Positions 24,391 to 37,989 of a stretch of DNA of 64,000 nucleotides are shown here, in pieces. The notes beneath the pieces were generated by a model. The model saw only the letters and a list, made by a program, of their open reading frames with translations. It was not told where the DNA came from and searched no databases. Where the stretch lies: positions 107,818,001-107,882,000 of the forward strand of contig NC_042998.1 in the NCBI RefSeq assembly GCF_006345805.1. Reading direction: 5' to 3'. Each line of letters starts with the position of its first letter. The first letter of the stretch is position 1. The stretch is from Octopus sinensis (taxonomy: Eukaryota). Made by a program: the position numbers and the translations under genes.

Positions 24391-26944
24391 TATATATATT
24401 TAATAGATGTTTTGGTGTATGTATATAAGTATACTTATGTGTATGTAAGTCTGTGTGTACGTATATGTGGGATGATATATCTGTTAGTGTTGCCTCACCT
24501 TCTCCCCCTCTCTTGCTATACTCACATAGTCACATGTTATCCATAGCATGTCTTCCCAGTCCCTTCCCACTCCTGGTCTGGTAATTGGTAATTGGCAATC
24601 TGGCAAGAATCCATATGTAGAATATTCTTTATTGACCCTCATAAAAGCTTGTTTTTCTCTTTCTCACATTATCTTAGATTATGTCACATTCAAGCTGTTT
24701 CCATTCTCAAGATTTATTTTTACATGTCTTCTTTCACAACAACTGGATCAAACAAATTAAATCTTCTAGAGACTTTGTGTTAAATGCTCTACTCTCAATA
24801 GAAGATCAGCTGAAAGATTTGGTTATGCTTAAAAAATAATTATTTTGAGCAATTGTCCAAATGATTTCTTTTCATACAGGTTCTTCATACACCTATCCTT
24901 ATACATATATTCAAATACAGTTTTATCTTAATCCATTTCTGGGAGGGGCATCTTCCCCTTAGATTCTTGACTTCATTTCCTACATACATTTGTGTTTTTT
25001 TCATTGGTAATTCTTTTCTGTGAATGTAAACACTTTCCCAAATAAAACTGCACTTCATTCTTGAACTCCAATAAAGCTATAGAGCGATCGCAAGCATTCA
25101 ACTATGAATGCATTGCATCTTATAGCAGAAACAGTTGTAAGCTAATGAAGTTCATGATGTAATTTCTTCTTTCCTTGTCATTTTAATTTCTTATACACAC
25201 ACACTCCTCTGCCCATTACAACTATTATTCTTCATTTAAAATCTAACAGGCTTGCAGCAATCATGTGTGTGTGTGTGTGTGTTTATCAGATTGTGCCTGT
25301 GCATGATTATGTACGTGTCTGTAAGGAGTGGGGAATATGAGGTTAAGGTATTAAATTACATCGTGAAGTGAAATAATGAGCAAGGCACATGACTGTATGT
25401 TTTAAAAAAGAAGATAAGCTAAGGGAAATATCTCAAATGAGTCAATGCCATTAATTTGGATAAAGAAGTAAAATGGAAATGCACTGGTGCAAAAAACATC
25501 TTAATTGAAATTTTCCTTTTAGTAACCATCAGTTACTAGTGATTCTCAATGAAAAAATAGATATTTGCAAGAAATTAAAAGGCAATCACTCAAAGGTAAT
25601 TTACCTGTTAGGGTAAAGAAATTCTGATCTTTGTCTACAGACAAGGAAAAACTATGATCATGTTTTTGTCTATTAGGCTTCATCAGTATAGTATAGTTTA
25701 CTCAAGTCTACTTGATCAGTTAATAAAGTTTTTGCGTATAGGAATAGAGCTATGAATAATTTTTGGCCAGTATAATTAGACTTTATTTAATATGATAAAT
25801 GTAAATATGATAAATGTAAAAAATAATTATTTCAAGCAATTGTCCAAATGATTTATCCATTTGGTCACACATAATACCCTAATAATATTGTGCATAGGTA
25901 ATTTTGTGTTTGTTTTCATAAGAGAAGAATGTGATAATTCTAGGATTTTCTAGTAAAGGAAAATGTTAAGATCTTAAATTTCTGCAGCTGCTGTCTACTA
26001 CTTGGCTAAAAAATACTTTGTAAATGGTTATTCCTGACAGTTCTATTAAAATTTTAGTGAATTAAAGCCTATTTTAAACTGACTTGTTTCTTGAATTATT
26101 CTTACTTCATGGTATTTCAGCAAAGATGACAATACACACACACAGACACATTGGTGCAAAAAGGTCAACACAATTACAATAAAACCAATAGCATAATATA
26201 ATCATTATACTCACTAAAATTATTTTCAATATCACCAAATAATAAAACTTTTATATATTCTATGTGGAAGACATTTATTGTCCAAAAAAACTGAGACTCC
26301 CAACTATTTTAAAAATAGAGACACATGATTTTAGCATTAGATTTTAAGATAAAGGGGCAATGTCTATAGCTAGAATACTAGAATAAGATTAAATACAAAG
26401 TAACAAACTGGACACCCTATAAGAATATCATAATTTGAGAACAGGTCATATAAGTTGTTGCAGATTTTTCATTTGTTACTGCTTTACCATGAGCTAACAT
26501 GAGCAGACAAAGATTTTCCGTCAATATTATTCTTCTGGTATGACAATCTTTTGCTACAATTAATCATATATCCTTTATAACATGCCCCAAGATATTGACA
26601 GTAATGAGATGCCTTGTCAAAATAGAAAAAAGGAAACTGAATATTAATTGAGAATGCAGGTATGACTGAGCAGTTAAACAGTTTGAATAGTCTGCCAGTA
26701 TGGAAGAATGTTTATTAAAATGGTGGTGACAATGACAATAAACCATAAGATAGAAAAGTAAAACTATTAGTGTCAGTCTGTATAATGGTGTGTAATAATA
26801 TCTAAATAGGTTTTCTTTAAAAATTCACAAGCCTGAATAATTAATTAAAAAAAGTAACATCTGCAATGTCTAATCGATCATAAAACATCACCAGTGTAAG
26901 TTTGTATGTATCTGTATGTGTATGTGTCTGTTTGAGTGTGTTGT

Positions 26945-27140
26945 CGTCATTGTCATCATCATCATCGTTTAACGTTCGTTTTCCATGCTAGCATGGGTTG
27001 GATGGTTCAACCAGGGTCTGGGAAGCCAGGAGGCTGCACCAGGCTCCAGTCTGATCTGAAAGTGTTACTACAGCTGGATGCCCTTCCTAATGCCAACCAC
27101 TCCGTGAGTGTAGTGGGTGCTTTTTATGTGCCACCAGCAC
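26945..27140 (-). mobile_element. RTE-tail element (family C)
   Basis: catcatcatcgtttaacgttcgttttccatgctagcatgggttgg...gtgctttttatgtgccacc. Confidence 0.8.
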
Positions 27141-27714
27141 AGGGACTGTGTGTATTTATGTCTGGATGCAAACATGACCAAGTGGTTAAGAAGTTTGCTT
27201 CATGATCATGATGCATTGGGTTTGTTCTCCACTGTGTAGCACCTAGGAAAAGTGTCTTGCATTGTAGCCTTAAGTTGAGCTAAGCCTTGTGAATGAAATT
27301 GGATAGATGTAAACTGTGCAGAAGCCCATCAGATAGAATGTACTTATAGTTCAAAAGATCCAACATTGTCACACACTGTGACACTGAGTCTGCAAGTAGA
27401 TTATGTAAAGGGGAGATGCCTCTGTGGAATACTCAGCCACTTACACTATAATTCAACAAGTAGATAGTTTGGTTGATTGGACAACTGGAACATTCATCAT
27501 CAAAATCAATGAAAGATCTGTTTATACATACTGGACATGAGTACTAGATATAAAATTATAACATCAAATGTAATATATTGACTGTTTTAGATATATTAAA
27601 AGAGTAATGAAATACATAGGACAAGCTTCTTTGTAAACAAATGTAAAATCAAAGAATAAAACTTAAGAATAACACAGTTTATGGTTATTATACAAAATTT
27701 GTTGAAGGTGATAT

Positions 27715-27928
27715 TTTTTTCTTCTCTAGGCACAAGGCTCAAAATTCTGGGGGAGGAGGCCAGTCAATTAGATCAACCCCAGTACACAACTGGCACTTAA
27801 TTTATTGACCCTGAAAGGATGAACGGCAAAGTTGACCTCAGCAGAATTTGAATTCAGAACATAAAGACAGACGAAATACCACTAAGCATTTCACCCGGCA
27901 TGTTAACATTTCTATCAGTTCACTATCT
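27715..27928 (-). mobile_element. SINE family A, older copy
   Basis: gaccctgaaaggatgaacggcaaagttgacctcagcagaatttgaattcagaac. Confidence 0.85.
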
Positions 27929-28410
27929 TTTAATTGTAAAAGATTGGCATAAATTAGTAAAAGTGGAGAAATATTTAAGAAAGTGATAATAACTTTTGTG
28001 TTGGATTTCCTTTTTTGTTTTACATTGACTCATGGACTTAAGAGAGGTCTCTTTATGTTACAACTTTAACCTCAATCCCACTCCTCTAGATAATCACAAT
28101 ATATAATTATATATTAGCTATTAATATAATTGGCAGTGTCCCCTCCCCCTCTCTGATTGGTCCTCATCCCAGAGGAAAATATCTGATTTTATTGGATTTA
28201 TCTTCCTTGATTAGTTAATTAGAAGGTTACCAGTTATATGACTAGCAATGTTGGAATAAGCTTTTGCCATTGTTGATAATATCAGCTCAAGTTACATTTT
28301 TAATTAACTGATAGTTAAACAGTATTATTGTTATTGATAATGTATATTTAGAACAAATATACAAACGAGTAATCTATTTAGTTTCATTTCAATATATTGT
28401 TAGTATTAAA

Positions 28411-28623
28411 GCAATGAGCTGGCAGAATAGTTAGCATGCTCGGCAAAAGGTTTAGTGACATTTTGTCTGTCTTTATGTTCTGAGTTCTAACTCTGCCTAG
28501 TTCAACTTTGCCTTTCATCCTTTCGGGGTCAATAAAATAAGTACCAGTTGAACACTGGAGTTGGTGTAATTGATTTAAATCCTCCCCCAAAATTGCTGGC
28601 CTTGTGCTAAAATTTGAAACCAA
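28411..28623 (+). mobile_element. SINE family A, older copy
   Basis: ctggcagaatagttagc...tttgcctttcatcctttcggggtcaataaaataagtaccag. Confidence 0.85.
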
Positions 28624-28635
28624 TATATTTGTAGT

Positions 28636-28995
28636 ATCTTTTATCTTTTACTTGTTTCAGTCATTAGACTGTGACCATGCTGGAGCTTTGTCTTGAAGAA
28701 TTTTTAGTCAAATGAATCAACTCCAGTACTTATTCTATTGATCTCTTATGCCAAACCACTAAGTTACAGGGATGTAAACACACCAACACTGATCGTCAAG
28801 CGGTAGTGGGGGACAAACACAGACTCAAAGACACACACAAACACACACACATAATGGGCTTCTTTCAGTTTCCGTCTACCACTCACAAGGCTTTGGTCAC
28901 TCGGCTATAGCAGAAGACACTTGTCCAAAGTGCCACAGAGTGGGACTGAACCCAGAACCATGTAGTTGGGAAGCAAGCTTCTTACCACACACGCA
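28636..28995 (-). mobile_element. SINE family B
   Basis: Same blocks as the 20025 and 55305 copies. Confidence 0.85.
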
Positions 28996-29194
28996 AATAA
29001 AATAATAATTATTGTATTTATATAACATCACTTGATATGTAGTAGCAAAAGCATACTCCCAACATAACCTGTCACATAAAGAGTAACACTTTTGTTATTA
29101 TTAATATTGTTAAAACTTTTGCACTCATCTTTTGCTTTTCTGTTAAAAAAAGTTCTTTTACAAATAAACCATGTTAAAAAACAAAACTACCCAC

Positions 29195-29505
29195 CTACTA
29201 GATGCCAGGATTTCCTTTTACCTAAAAAACAACATCCATTTATTCGATCAGATTCAATTCCAACAAAAGTTGTGGATAGTCCATCACAGATCTGTCCTGC
29301 AAGCATGAGATAGCCAGCCAAAACACTATTAAAGTTCAGTACTTTGTTGAAGTAAATTAATAAATAAGAGAACCACATGGATGCAGCCAAATCATTAAAT
29401 ACATGCCCACAACCAAAGGCAAGTTTTCTGATAAATGGCACGCTGCTTTCTTGAGTCTGGTCATTGGTGTTTGTTGAATGGCCATTTGCGACAGGATTTA
29501 TTGAC
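29195..29505 (-). CDS. MFSD12: MFSD12-like coding exon 2 (SINPV...RKLAFGCGHVFNDLAASMWFSYLLIY...GQICDGLSTTFVGIESDR...KSWHLVG)
   Basis: ttttccag acceptor and G|gtgggt donor. Translation matches the N-terminal TMs of human MFSD12 as I recall them (GHFLNDLCASMWFTYLL...GQVADGLCTPLVGYEADR...RKAWHLVG). Confidence 0.95.
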
Positions 29506-29651
29506 CTGGAAAAACAAAAAGTAAAAGATAAGATTATACACAAGCAACCAAACTACAAAAAAGGGACTAGATATAATACAAAAAAAAAAAAAAAATAGCA
29601 TGATTGTTGTTGTTAATGAAACATATGTATATGAAGTGAATTAGTGTAGAT

Positions 29652-29917
29652 CAATGATTCTCAACCCTTTTTTTGCTTATGGACCCCTTTGATTCTTATT
29701 TTACTCGGGTAGAGCCCCATAGCTATCCAATGTTTAAAAAAATCCCATTATATTTTTATAATTAAATATTAGGAACTGCATAAAAAAAACTGTTAAAATA
29801 TTTTGTGTATTGTAGAAATATAACCAATTTATTGTACATAAATTTAAACTACAAAGTCTTAAATGCATGCTCCCACCTCACCCCAAGGGTCATATGGATC
29901 CTGGTTGAGAACCATTG
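29652..29917. mobile_element. hAT (Charlie-like) MITE
   Basis: caatgattctcaac / gttgagaaccattg TIRs; 8-bp flanks gtgtagat / aagtagat (6/8). Confidence 0.7.
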
Positions 29918-30924
29918 AAGTAGATTATCATGATGGACCACAATGGAATGAGTTTATGATGGGACAGATCTGCAATGCTATTGTCCTAGTAGACAAAAGG
30001 ATGTTTGTATATTAAAAGCACTAACAGAATTATGACACCAAAATAGAATGAAGACATAGATTGGAGAGACAAATTACATCAATTTGAATATGTGATGAAT
30101 GGTAAATGTTAGATGATAAGGCATCTATGATTGAGGTTCAGGGACACTGGGTGAAAGAATATTTTGGTCAGATGTTGAAATATTGGGAGTTCCTCAATCA
30201 TTTGTGAAAACCTCCTCTACCAACAGTACAAGATTAAAGTTCATAAAGATAGTAAGCTGTTCTGTTCATGGTAATGATGATGATTGTAAGATATAACAGT
30301 CTATAGTAAGGCAGTGTCTGTTTGTGTAGAGTGTGTGAAAATACTAAATAGGATTTCTATAAAGATTCCTATATTGGAATAATTAAAAATGTAACACCTG
30401 CAATATCTAATTGACTACAAAAGAATGTGTGTGTGAGTATGAGTATAAGTGTAAGTATGTGTGCGTGGTGTGTGTGTGTGTGTGCACGTGTATGCACATG
30501 TGCAAGCATGGCCAAGTGGTTGAGAAGTTCACTTCATTATCATGAGATCTGATTTTGATCCCATCCCACTTTGTGGCATTTTAGACATGTATTTTTTATC
30601 ATAGCTTTGGGTTCACCCAAGCCTTACAAGATAAAAATCAATTAAAAATGAGTGAATAGAAAATATTGAACAGATTCTGTTGAAACTGTAGGTCTTATCA
30701 CATATTTTTTATGAGAGTTTTATGTGTATATGTGACTTTATACACAGGTGTCTGAAATGGGGTTTCTCCAAGGATCTCTGAGGTAATGTTATTTGACAGG
30801 GTGCATAGCTTAGAAATAAGGTAGTCTCCCAAGCTCAAGCGGCTACTTCTCTACACTGAGAGGTCACAATGGACAGGTGATTAAAATGTTGCAGGAAAGA
30901 ATTGCCAGATGGATTCTTCAAGCT

Positions 30925-31485
30925 GAATTTCAGTCATTGGATTGCAGCCACGCTGTGGCAACACTTCGAAGGGTTTAGTTGAACAAATCAATCTCAGTAC
31001 TTATCTTTTCACCTTAATCATAGTACTTATTATATTGGCATCTTTTTGCTGAACTGCTAAGTTACAGGATATAAACAAACTAACACCAGTTGTCAGGCAG
31101 TAGTGAGAGACAAACAAACAAACACACACAGACATATTTATGGCACGTAAAAAGCACCCACTACACTCATGGAGTGGTTGGCGTTAGGAAGGGCATCCAG
31201 CCGTAGAAACATTGCCAGATCAGACTGGGCCTGGTGCAGCCTTCTGGCTTCCCAGACCCCAGTTGAACTGTCCAACCCATGCTAGCATGGAAAGCAGGCG
31301 CTAAATGATGATGATGATGATGATGATGATATATGGCTTTCAGCTTCCATCTACCAAATCCACTTACAAGGCCTTGGTTAGCTCACATTTATTGTAGTAA
31401 ACACTTACCCAAGGTACCATGCAGTGAGGCTGCATACAAAACCATGTGGTTGGGAAGCAAACTTCTTAACCACACAGCCATACTT
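30925..31485 (-). mobile_element. SINE family B with an RTE-tail element (31140-31330, plus strand) nested in its (AC)n linker
   Basis: The two halves of family B flank a copy of gcacgtaaaaagcacccactacactc...aaatgatgatg. Confidence 0.8.
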
Positions 31486-32559
31486 TTAGCTACAAATTTT
31501 CAGACATAACTATATGAAATATAATGAATACAATTAAAAATTACACAATGACAGAAATAATTACAAATCTGATAAAAAAGAATGCCATACTTTAAGGATA
31601 ATATTACTACAAAATATTATATGCAATTATACAGAACTAGAAAGATTGAAATAAAAAAGATGTTAATTATAAAAATACTTTTTTTTTTTTGAATATGTAC
31701 TAATTATTTAAAACAACTAAAATCCAATTAAAGTAGCAACACACATGCTTTCTTTGATCACTGTAACTTTCTCTAATCTTTCTAGTCAAGGACAACAGTT
31801 CAACATGATGTCTGCAATTCAACAGGGCAACCAGACATGATACTTCCACTCCATTAACTACCAAAGCACCTGAAATTGCTCCTGGTTCTCTCATACAAAC
31901 TTGTTGCTTTAAAGTGAGCTAAATTATAACCTCCCATCAAAATTTTATGCTTTTTATATCTCAAGCAGCAGTGTAATAATGACAAAGTTATTTTATTAAA
32001 TTCTTCAGTATTTTCCAAATTAATTGAAACAGAAGCAATGTAGTTTGAAAGAAATATGGAAACAAAAGGATTTGAAAAAATAATTATATGCAATTATACA
32101 GAAATAGAAAGATTGAAATAAAAAATGCATATAAAAGATGTTAATTATAAAAATAATATTTTTTTTAATAGGTACTAACTATTTAAAACAACTAAGCAGT
32201 ATATTTTAGAGTTAGCTTCTATCCTCACCAAATTCCTTCTGTCACTATGGAGACACACAATAGAGCTCCAAACTTAAGTGGAACCATATTGATACTGACA
32301 ACCACTTCCTACCAAACCTGAAAATAAAATGAGCTAAGGGAAATAACTAAAATGGGCTAATGCTTTGAATTTGGATAAATAAGTTAATGTGGATATAGTG
32401 GTCAGAGAAAGTGAGAGGAAGGGTCTGTTCAGAGTGTATGGTGGTGACAAAGAATGAATGCCCAAAGTGTATGTTGAAAGTGAATACACAAATTGTTAAG
32501 CAGATATCACCCTTCAACTTTGATCACAGAAGATGTAAGATGTGTGAAGGAGATTAAAA

Positions 32560-33060
32560 GATGAATAGTGATGGCAAAGTATGCATTCTCAAAGCTGTAT
32601 AACATTTTGAGAAACTGTACTCTGAGCATCAAGACCAAGATCCATGTCTACTCTGTGTTATGTATGGAAGTAAGGTATGGTCTATAACATCAGAAATGAA
32701 AAGGTGCTTGGAGAGCTGTGAAATGTGGTTCTTAAGGAGGATATTGAGGATAACATGGACAAGCAAAGTGTCTAATGAAGAAGCGATAACCTGGGCTGCA
32801 ATAAATAGGAAACTGCTTTGTAAGATAAGGGCCAAGCAACTGAGATTTCTTGGTCATGTGATGAGGAAAGAGGAAAGATTGAAGGGAAAAGAAGCAGCAG
32901 AAAGAAAAGGATGATATGGATGTCAAGCTTGACAAACTGGTTGTAAGAAAAAGTTATTAAACATCACAAAGTCGAATTGTTACAGAAAACAAAGAACAGA
33001 GAATTGTGGCAGGACATGATTGTCTATGTCCTATATTCTGAACATGGCACCTAAACAAAG
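32560..33060 (+). mobile_element. RTE/BovB-like LINE C-terminal fragment
   Basis: ORF 32660-32914: YGSKVWSIT...CEMWFLRRILRITW...QLRFLGHVMRKE. Confidence 0.8.
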
Positions 33061-35070
33061 GAAGAAGTTAATGTGTGATGAATTGAATGCATCTCGAAGA
33101 AAAGGACAAATGATGTTATCTCTTTTTCTTTGAGTAGCTAACAGTTGCTGCTAGGCTTTTGTTTCCTTTCTGGAACTCAAAAGGAAATTTTAAATATAGA
33201 ATTTTTTGCATATAACATTTAGTACATCACCTTGTAACTTCCTAAGGTGATGAAGACAATCATAAGCAACCTTATCCATTATCATCTTAATGTCTCTTTG
33301 TCATCTCAATAACTAACTGTATAGTTTGTGTACAATCAGTTGAGCTGATCTCTACTGTCACATTCCAGTGATTTCTGACTTTTATGAACTTTTACAAAAT
33401 AATCTTAATGCTCTCAATACCAAGAAAATACTCAGCCAGGTCTAAGATGCGAATTGCCCACCTATGGACTGTATTGGTATCACATCTCTTGATTAAAAAA
33501 TTTTCTGTTTGCTTCCTTGCAAATAATACTATCCTTCACTTCTGTTTAGCCTTTTGTACTTTTGTGTCATCTACACAGAAAATCTACTCTACTTCCATGA
33601 ATAGAGACCTTGAAAAACTTTCTCCCATAGAAATAAGATAACTAAGTCTCTTTCAGCAGTACCAAAACGATCATTATACCTATCAAAGAAACACCTCCTC
33701 ACTCAGCCCCAGAATTAACCGTTAGTTTTCTTACTCTTGGTATCCCTACTGTCTCATCAAAATCCTACCAAATACTTTGCTGAATCATTTTTCTCCAACA
33801 TAAAATGACCTTATTCCTCATCTGCATTGACTTTACATATCTGAGAAAGTCAGTAAAATGTTGTGGGTATTAATGTTCTTTGACTAATTAATGACTTTGA
33901 AATTGGTACAAGGCCACAATTTTTTTAAGGTGGAGGAGGAGGAGTCTATTAAATCAATACCAGCACTTGAGTGGTATTTTATTTTATTAACCTTGGAAGG
34001 ATGAAAGATAGAGTTGATCTTTGCAGGATTAGATCTCAAAACGTAAAGCACCATAACTAAATACTACAAAGCACTGTTCTAATGATTTTGCCAATGCAAC
34101 ATCACCTGAAACTAATTAACAAAACACAAAAACACAAGGTTTTAAAGCAAAATTTGTAGCAAAGAAATATTCTATCAACTTTTGGTAGACAGGAATTGCA
34201 CACCTACACAGAAGCTTATAATATGTATAGACAAACACATCTAAAAACAAATATGTACAAAGATAAAAAAAAAATCAACAGAAAAAAATCCTTTGTTAAA
34301 TACCAATTGGTTACATTCAGTTGATAAAGTATTAATTATTAACAAAAGCATATTAAGCTGAGGAATATTTTAACAATTAAACTAGTTTATACAGATAATT
34401 GTTACTTAAATATGTGACAATCTTTTCTATTATTAACGAATTTTTATTCTGAAAAACTATGACAATGTCTTGCAAAATAAGGAACATTTTTCAAGTGCTA
34501 ATGTAATTTTTTATTTTTTCCTCACTAATTTTGAATAAAATTGTAATTATATGCTGCTAAATGTGTGTTTTTAATTATACAAAAGAAGTAAAATACAAGG
34601 TGGCTGGATCGCTACCTACAGCCTTTGTAAGCCAGACTTGTGACATTGATGTAGTTAATGTTAAACCCTTTTAATACTATATTATCCAGTTCATTGATAC
34701 AAAAACCACCTGTTTTAAAGACTTCATATTTAAATCAATAAAATACTAATTAATGAAAATGTTGTACTATATCTCACCAAATCTTTCATTACTTTTAGAA
34801 TTAACTGGAACTTATACTGTGTATTTCATTGTAAACCAGGAAAGGATTAACTGTTTGATACTTATAAGGTAATTTGAACCAGGTATTAGCTTCAGAAAAT
34901 TGCAATTCTGAGGATAAAGAATTGGTTCCAGAATAAAGAGAGGATAAGAGACAAATGTATCTGACAGTGTACTAAGAATGGTACACAGTGAAAATACTTT
35001 AGAAGAACAGAAGTCATTTAAGTAATAGTAGAAGTGACAAAATGTTGGTGTGTTAATTGTTGTTTAATTA

Positions 35071-37472
35071 CACTGGTCGACAAAGAATTTGTCCCAAGAA
35101 AAAGAATACCTGTATCTTATATGTTTTTGCATGCAGAATTCGAAAATAATGTCAAATTATTTGTATCACCAACAGTTTCTCTGTTCCACAATATCCCTCT
35201 CAGTTCCTGTTACATGGGCTAAATTTCAGCGAAGCTGTTGAAATGTGAAGCTAATGGTTTAAGAAATACTCCTAATTTAAAAGTTTATGAATAGAATTAA
35301 CCTAATGAAATCATAAATCTAAGTGTATGAGTCACCGAAGCTTGTCAACACTGAGTCAATGAATCCCTGATGCTTTGTCAGTACTGTGCTTGAAGTGTAG
35401 ACATGTGGTTGTGTACTAAGTTCATATATTCCAGTCACCTTCATAAAGCCAAGAAACATCGCAAACAACTTTTGCTATATTTGCGGAAACTTAATGTTCA
35501 AGTCACAAAGACGGTGTTTCAAGCCATTGATTAAAAAGTGCTATGAGCATTACTTTGACCTCAAAGTGGGTGACCAGGATAAAAGCTGGACTCCTCATGT
35601 GTGTTGTGTAACTTGTGTCAGGCTTCTCACTGCATGGGCTAAAGGTTCACACCATATGGCTTTTGCAATCCCTATGATTTGGAGAGAGCCCAAAGATCAC
35701 ACTTCAGATTGCTACTTCTGCATGACAAATATATTAGGTATATCATCAAAATCCAAGCATACTGTAAAAATCCTAATTTACAATTTGCTATGAGACCAGT
35801 ACTTCACAGTCAACACTTATCTATACCTGATCCTCCAAAACAAATGACACTTAGTGACAATGAGTCAAGGGATGAAGATGTAGAGAAAGAAACAGAAGAC
35901 ATGGATTTTGAGCCTAATTGTTCTTCAAGTGAACCATATTTGTTGAGTGAGGGAGATCTGAATGATCTTGTGCAGGATTTAAACTTGTTGAAAAAGCAAG
36001 CTGAACTTCTTGGTTCCAGGTTAAAGGGCTGGAATCAAAAGAGATCAAAGTTAGTTTTTATTGTGCTTGGCATTGCGATTTTGCAAATTTTTTCTCACTC
36101 GAGGACAGTGTGATGTTTTGTAATGCTGTATATTCTGTTATGGAGAAACTTAACCACAAATATATCATGAATGGGTGGTGTTTGTTTATTGACTCCTAAA
36201 ATGTAAGCTTGAAAGCAGTTTTACTCCACAACGGAAATAAGTTTCCTTCTGTTCCTCTGGCCCATGAAGCTAACATGACAGAAACGTGAGAGAGTATGAA
36301 GCTTCTGTTGCAAAAAATTAAGTATGAGGAACATAAGTGGAATATTTGTGGTGACCTAAAGGTTGTGGCACTTTTACTTGGAGTGCAGCTGGGTTACACC
36401 AAGTTTTGTTGCTTTCACTGTGAGTGGGACAGTCAGGATAAGAAAAATCATTATGTAAAGAATGTGTGATTGAAACGATCTCCAATTCCTGGACAGAAGG
36501 ATGTCATCAATCCTCCCCTTGTTGATTCTGAGAAAATTTATCTGTCTCCTTTGCATATTTAGCTAGGGTTGATGAAAAATTTCATTAAAGGTATGAATAG
36601 GACTGGCAAGGGGTTCATGTACTTGAAAACTAAATTTCCAAGTATACGTGACATAAAAATCAAGGAGGGTATTTTTGTTGGATCACAGATAAGGGAGCTG
36701 ATAAGAGACCAAAAGTTTGATGAAGAGGTCGACGATGTTGAAAAAGCTGTGTAGCTGTCACTGAAGAAAGTTTGCAGAGAGATTTGGGGAATCACAGAGC
36801 AGAGAACTATTCTGACATTGTGTAAGAGCTACTGACATCATACAAGGCCTTAGGATGCAATATGAACCTAAAAATTCACTTCTCGAACTCTCACTTGAAC
36901 TTTTATCCTGCAACTCTTGGGGCTGTCACTGATGAGCACAGCAAGAGGCTTCAGCAGGACATTCTGGACATGGAAACCTGGTACCAAGGAAAGTGGAGCT
37001 CTTCTATACTGGCTGATTATTGTTGGTCACTAAAAAGGGACAGTCCAAAAGCTAAATAAAGTTGAAAATCATATGCCTCTATGATTTAAAGGTAAGTTTC
37101 CTTGTAATATCAGCCTGATTTTTGAATTCATGAAATACAATTGGTTAATAATTTACATATGCTACCACAGAAAAACTATGACTTATAGAAAAATCTGAAA
37201 ATACACTTGAATTCTGCAGATAAAATGCTATCAAGTTCACTCATTTTTATTTGTGGGACAGAATTTTTCATTAATTCTGTTGACCAATTATAATTGTCAG
37301 CCTTATTTTTGCATTTATATAGTATATTTATTGTATAATTTAATTACTGTCACATAAAAATCATGCCTGATAGATAAATTCTAAAAACAGATTCGAAATC
37401 TGTGTTAAAAGTACTATAAAGTACATCTTTAGATTATGGGACAGCAAAAAGTTTGAATTTTGTTGACCAGTG
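35071..37472 (+). mobile_element. Full-length fossil Chapaev3-like (CMC superfamily) DNA transposon, 2402 bp
   Basis: Termini CACTGGTCGACAAA ... TTTGTTGACCAGTG with a 3-bp TTA TSD (35068-70, 37473-75). Broken transposase with FCYICG, PMIWREPKDHTSDCYFC, ICGDLKVVALLLGVQLGYTKFCCFHCEWD, IKEGIFVGSQIR and LADYCW motifs. Confidence 0.82.
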
Positions 37473-37989
37473 TTATAGGTCAACTTTGGTTAAGCAGAAC
37501 TATAATCAAAACTTTTCCTCTCATGATCAATCCCATCTTTTTGTCCGTCTAAGACTACATCATCCAAGGTGTCCCTCACTTTTTTTTTTCAAGACAGTAT
37601 GGTATGTTTTGGGGGAGACTTGGCACTTTTTCTAGAAAATTGAGCAACCTAATGGTTTTCTAATGAATGGTGTTTTTTTTTTATTTCTGATGTTGAATAT
37701 TATTTTTTGTGTAACAGTAACAGCATTCTAGATATGATTTAAAAAAAAGTACTACTCACATGCATTAGCCAGAAAAGGTGGTGCAATGCCCATGAACTTT
37801 GCAGACAATTTCAGGCTGATGAAACTGATGAAGCTAGTGTTCAACCAGAAAATCTTGAATTCTGTGTTTTTAAGGAGAGGACTTGTCTGAATACTTGCAA
37901 TAGAGTCAATTCTGCTAAAAGCAGAGCCCACATGGTGCAGTTAAACTTGTATTTTCTAATAGTGAGAGGAAGACTTGAGATTTGAAATA

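Noticed and set aside
29506-29543. ORF-track start MCIILSFTFCFS as the MFSD12 N-terminus
   Set aside because: This is the intronic polypyrimidine tract and acceptor, read through from a non-ATG start.
31721-32082. Mitochondrial insertion (NUMT)
   Set aside because: No recognisable mitochondrial protein or rRNA motif in any frame.
37810-37850. CTGATGA motifs as a C/D snoRNA or ribozyme (also ~13751, ~15787)
   Set aside because: No matching D box with terminal stem and no helix II-GAAA geometry; also antisense to the host gene.
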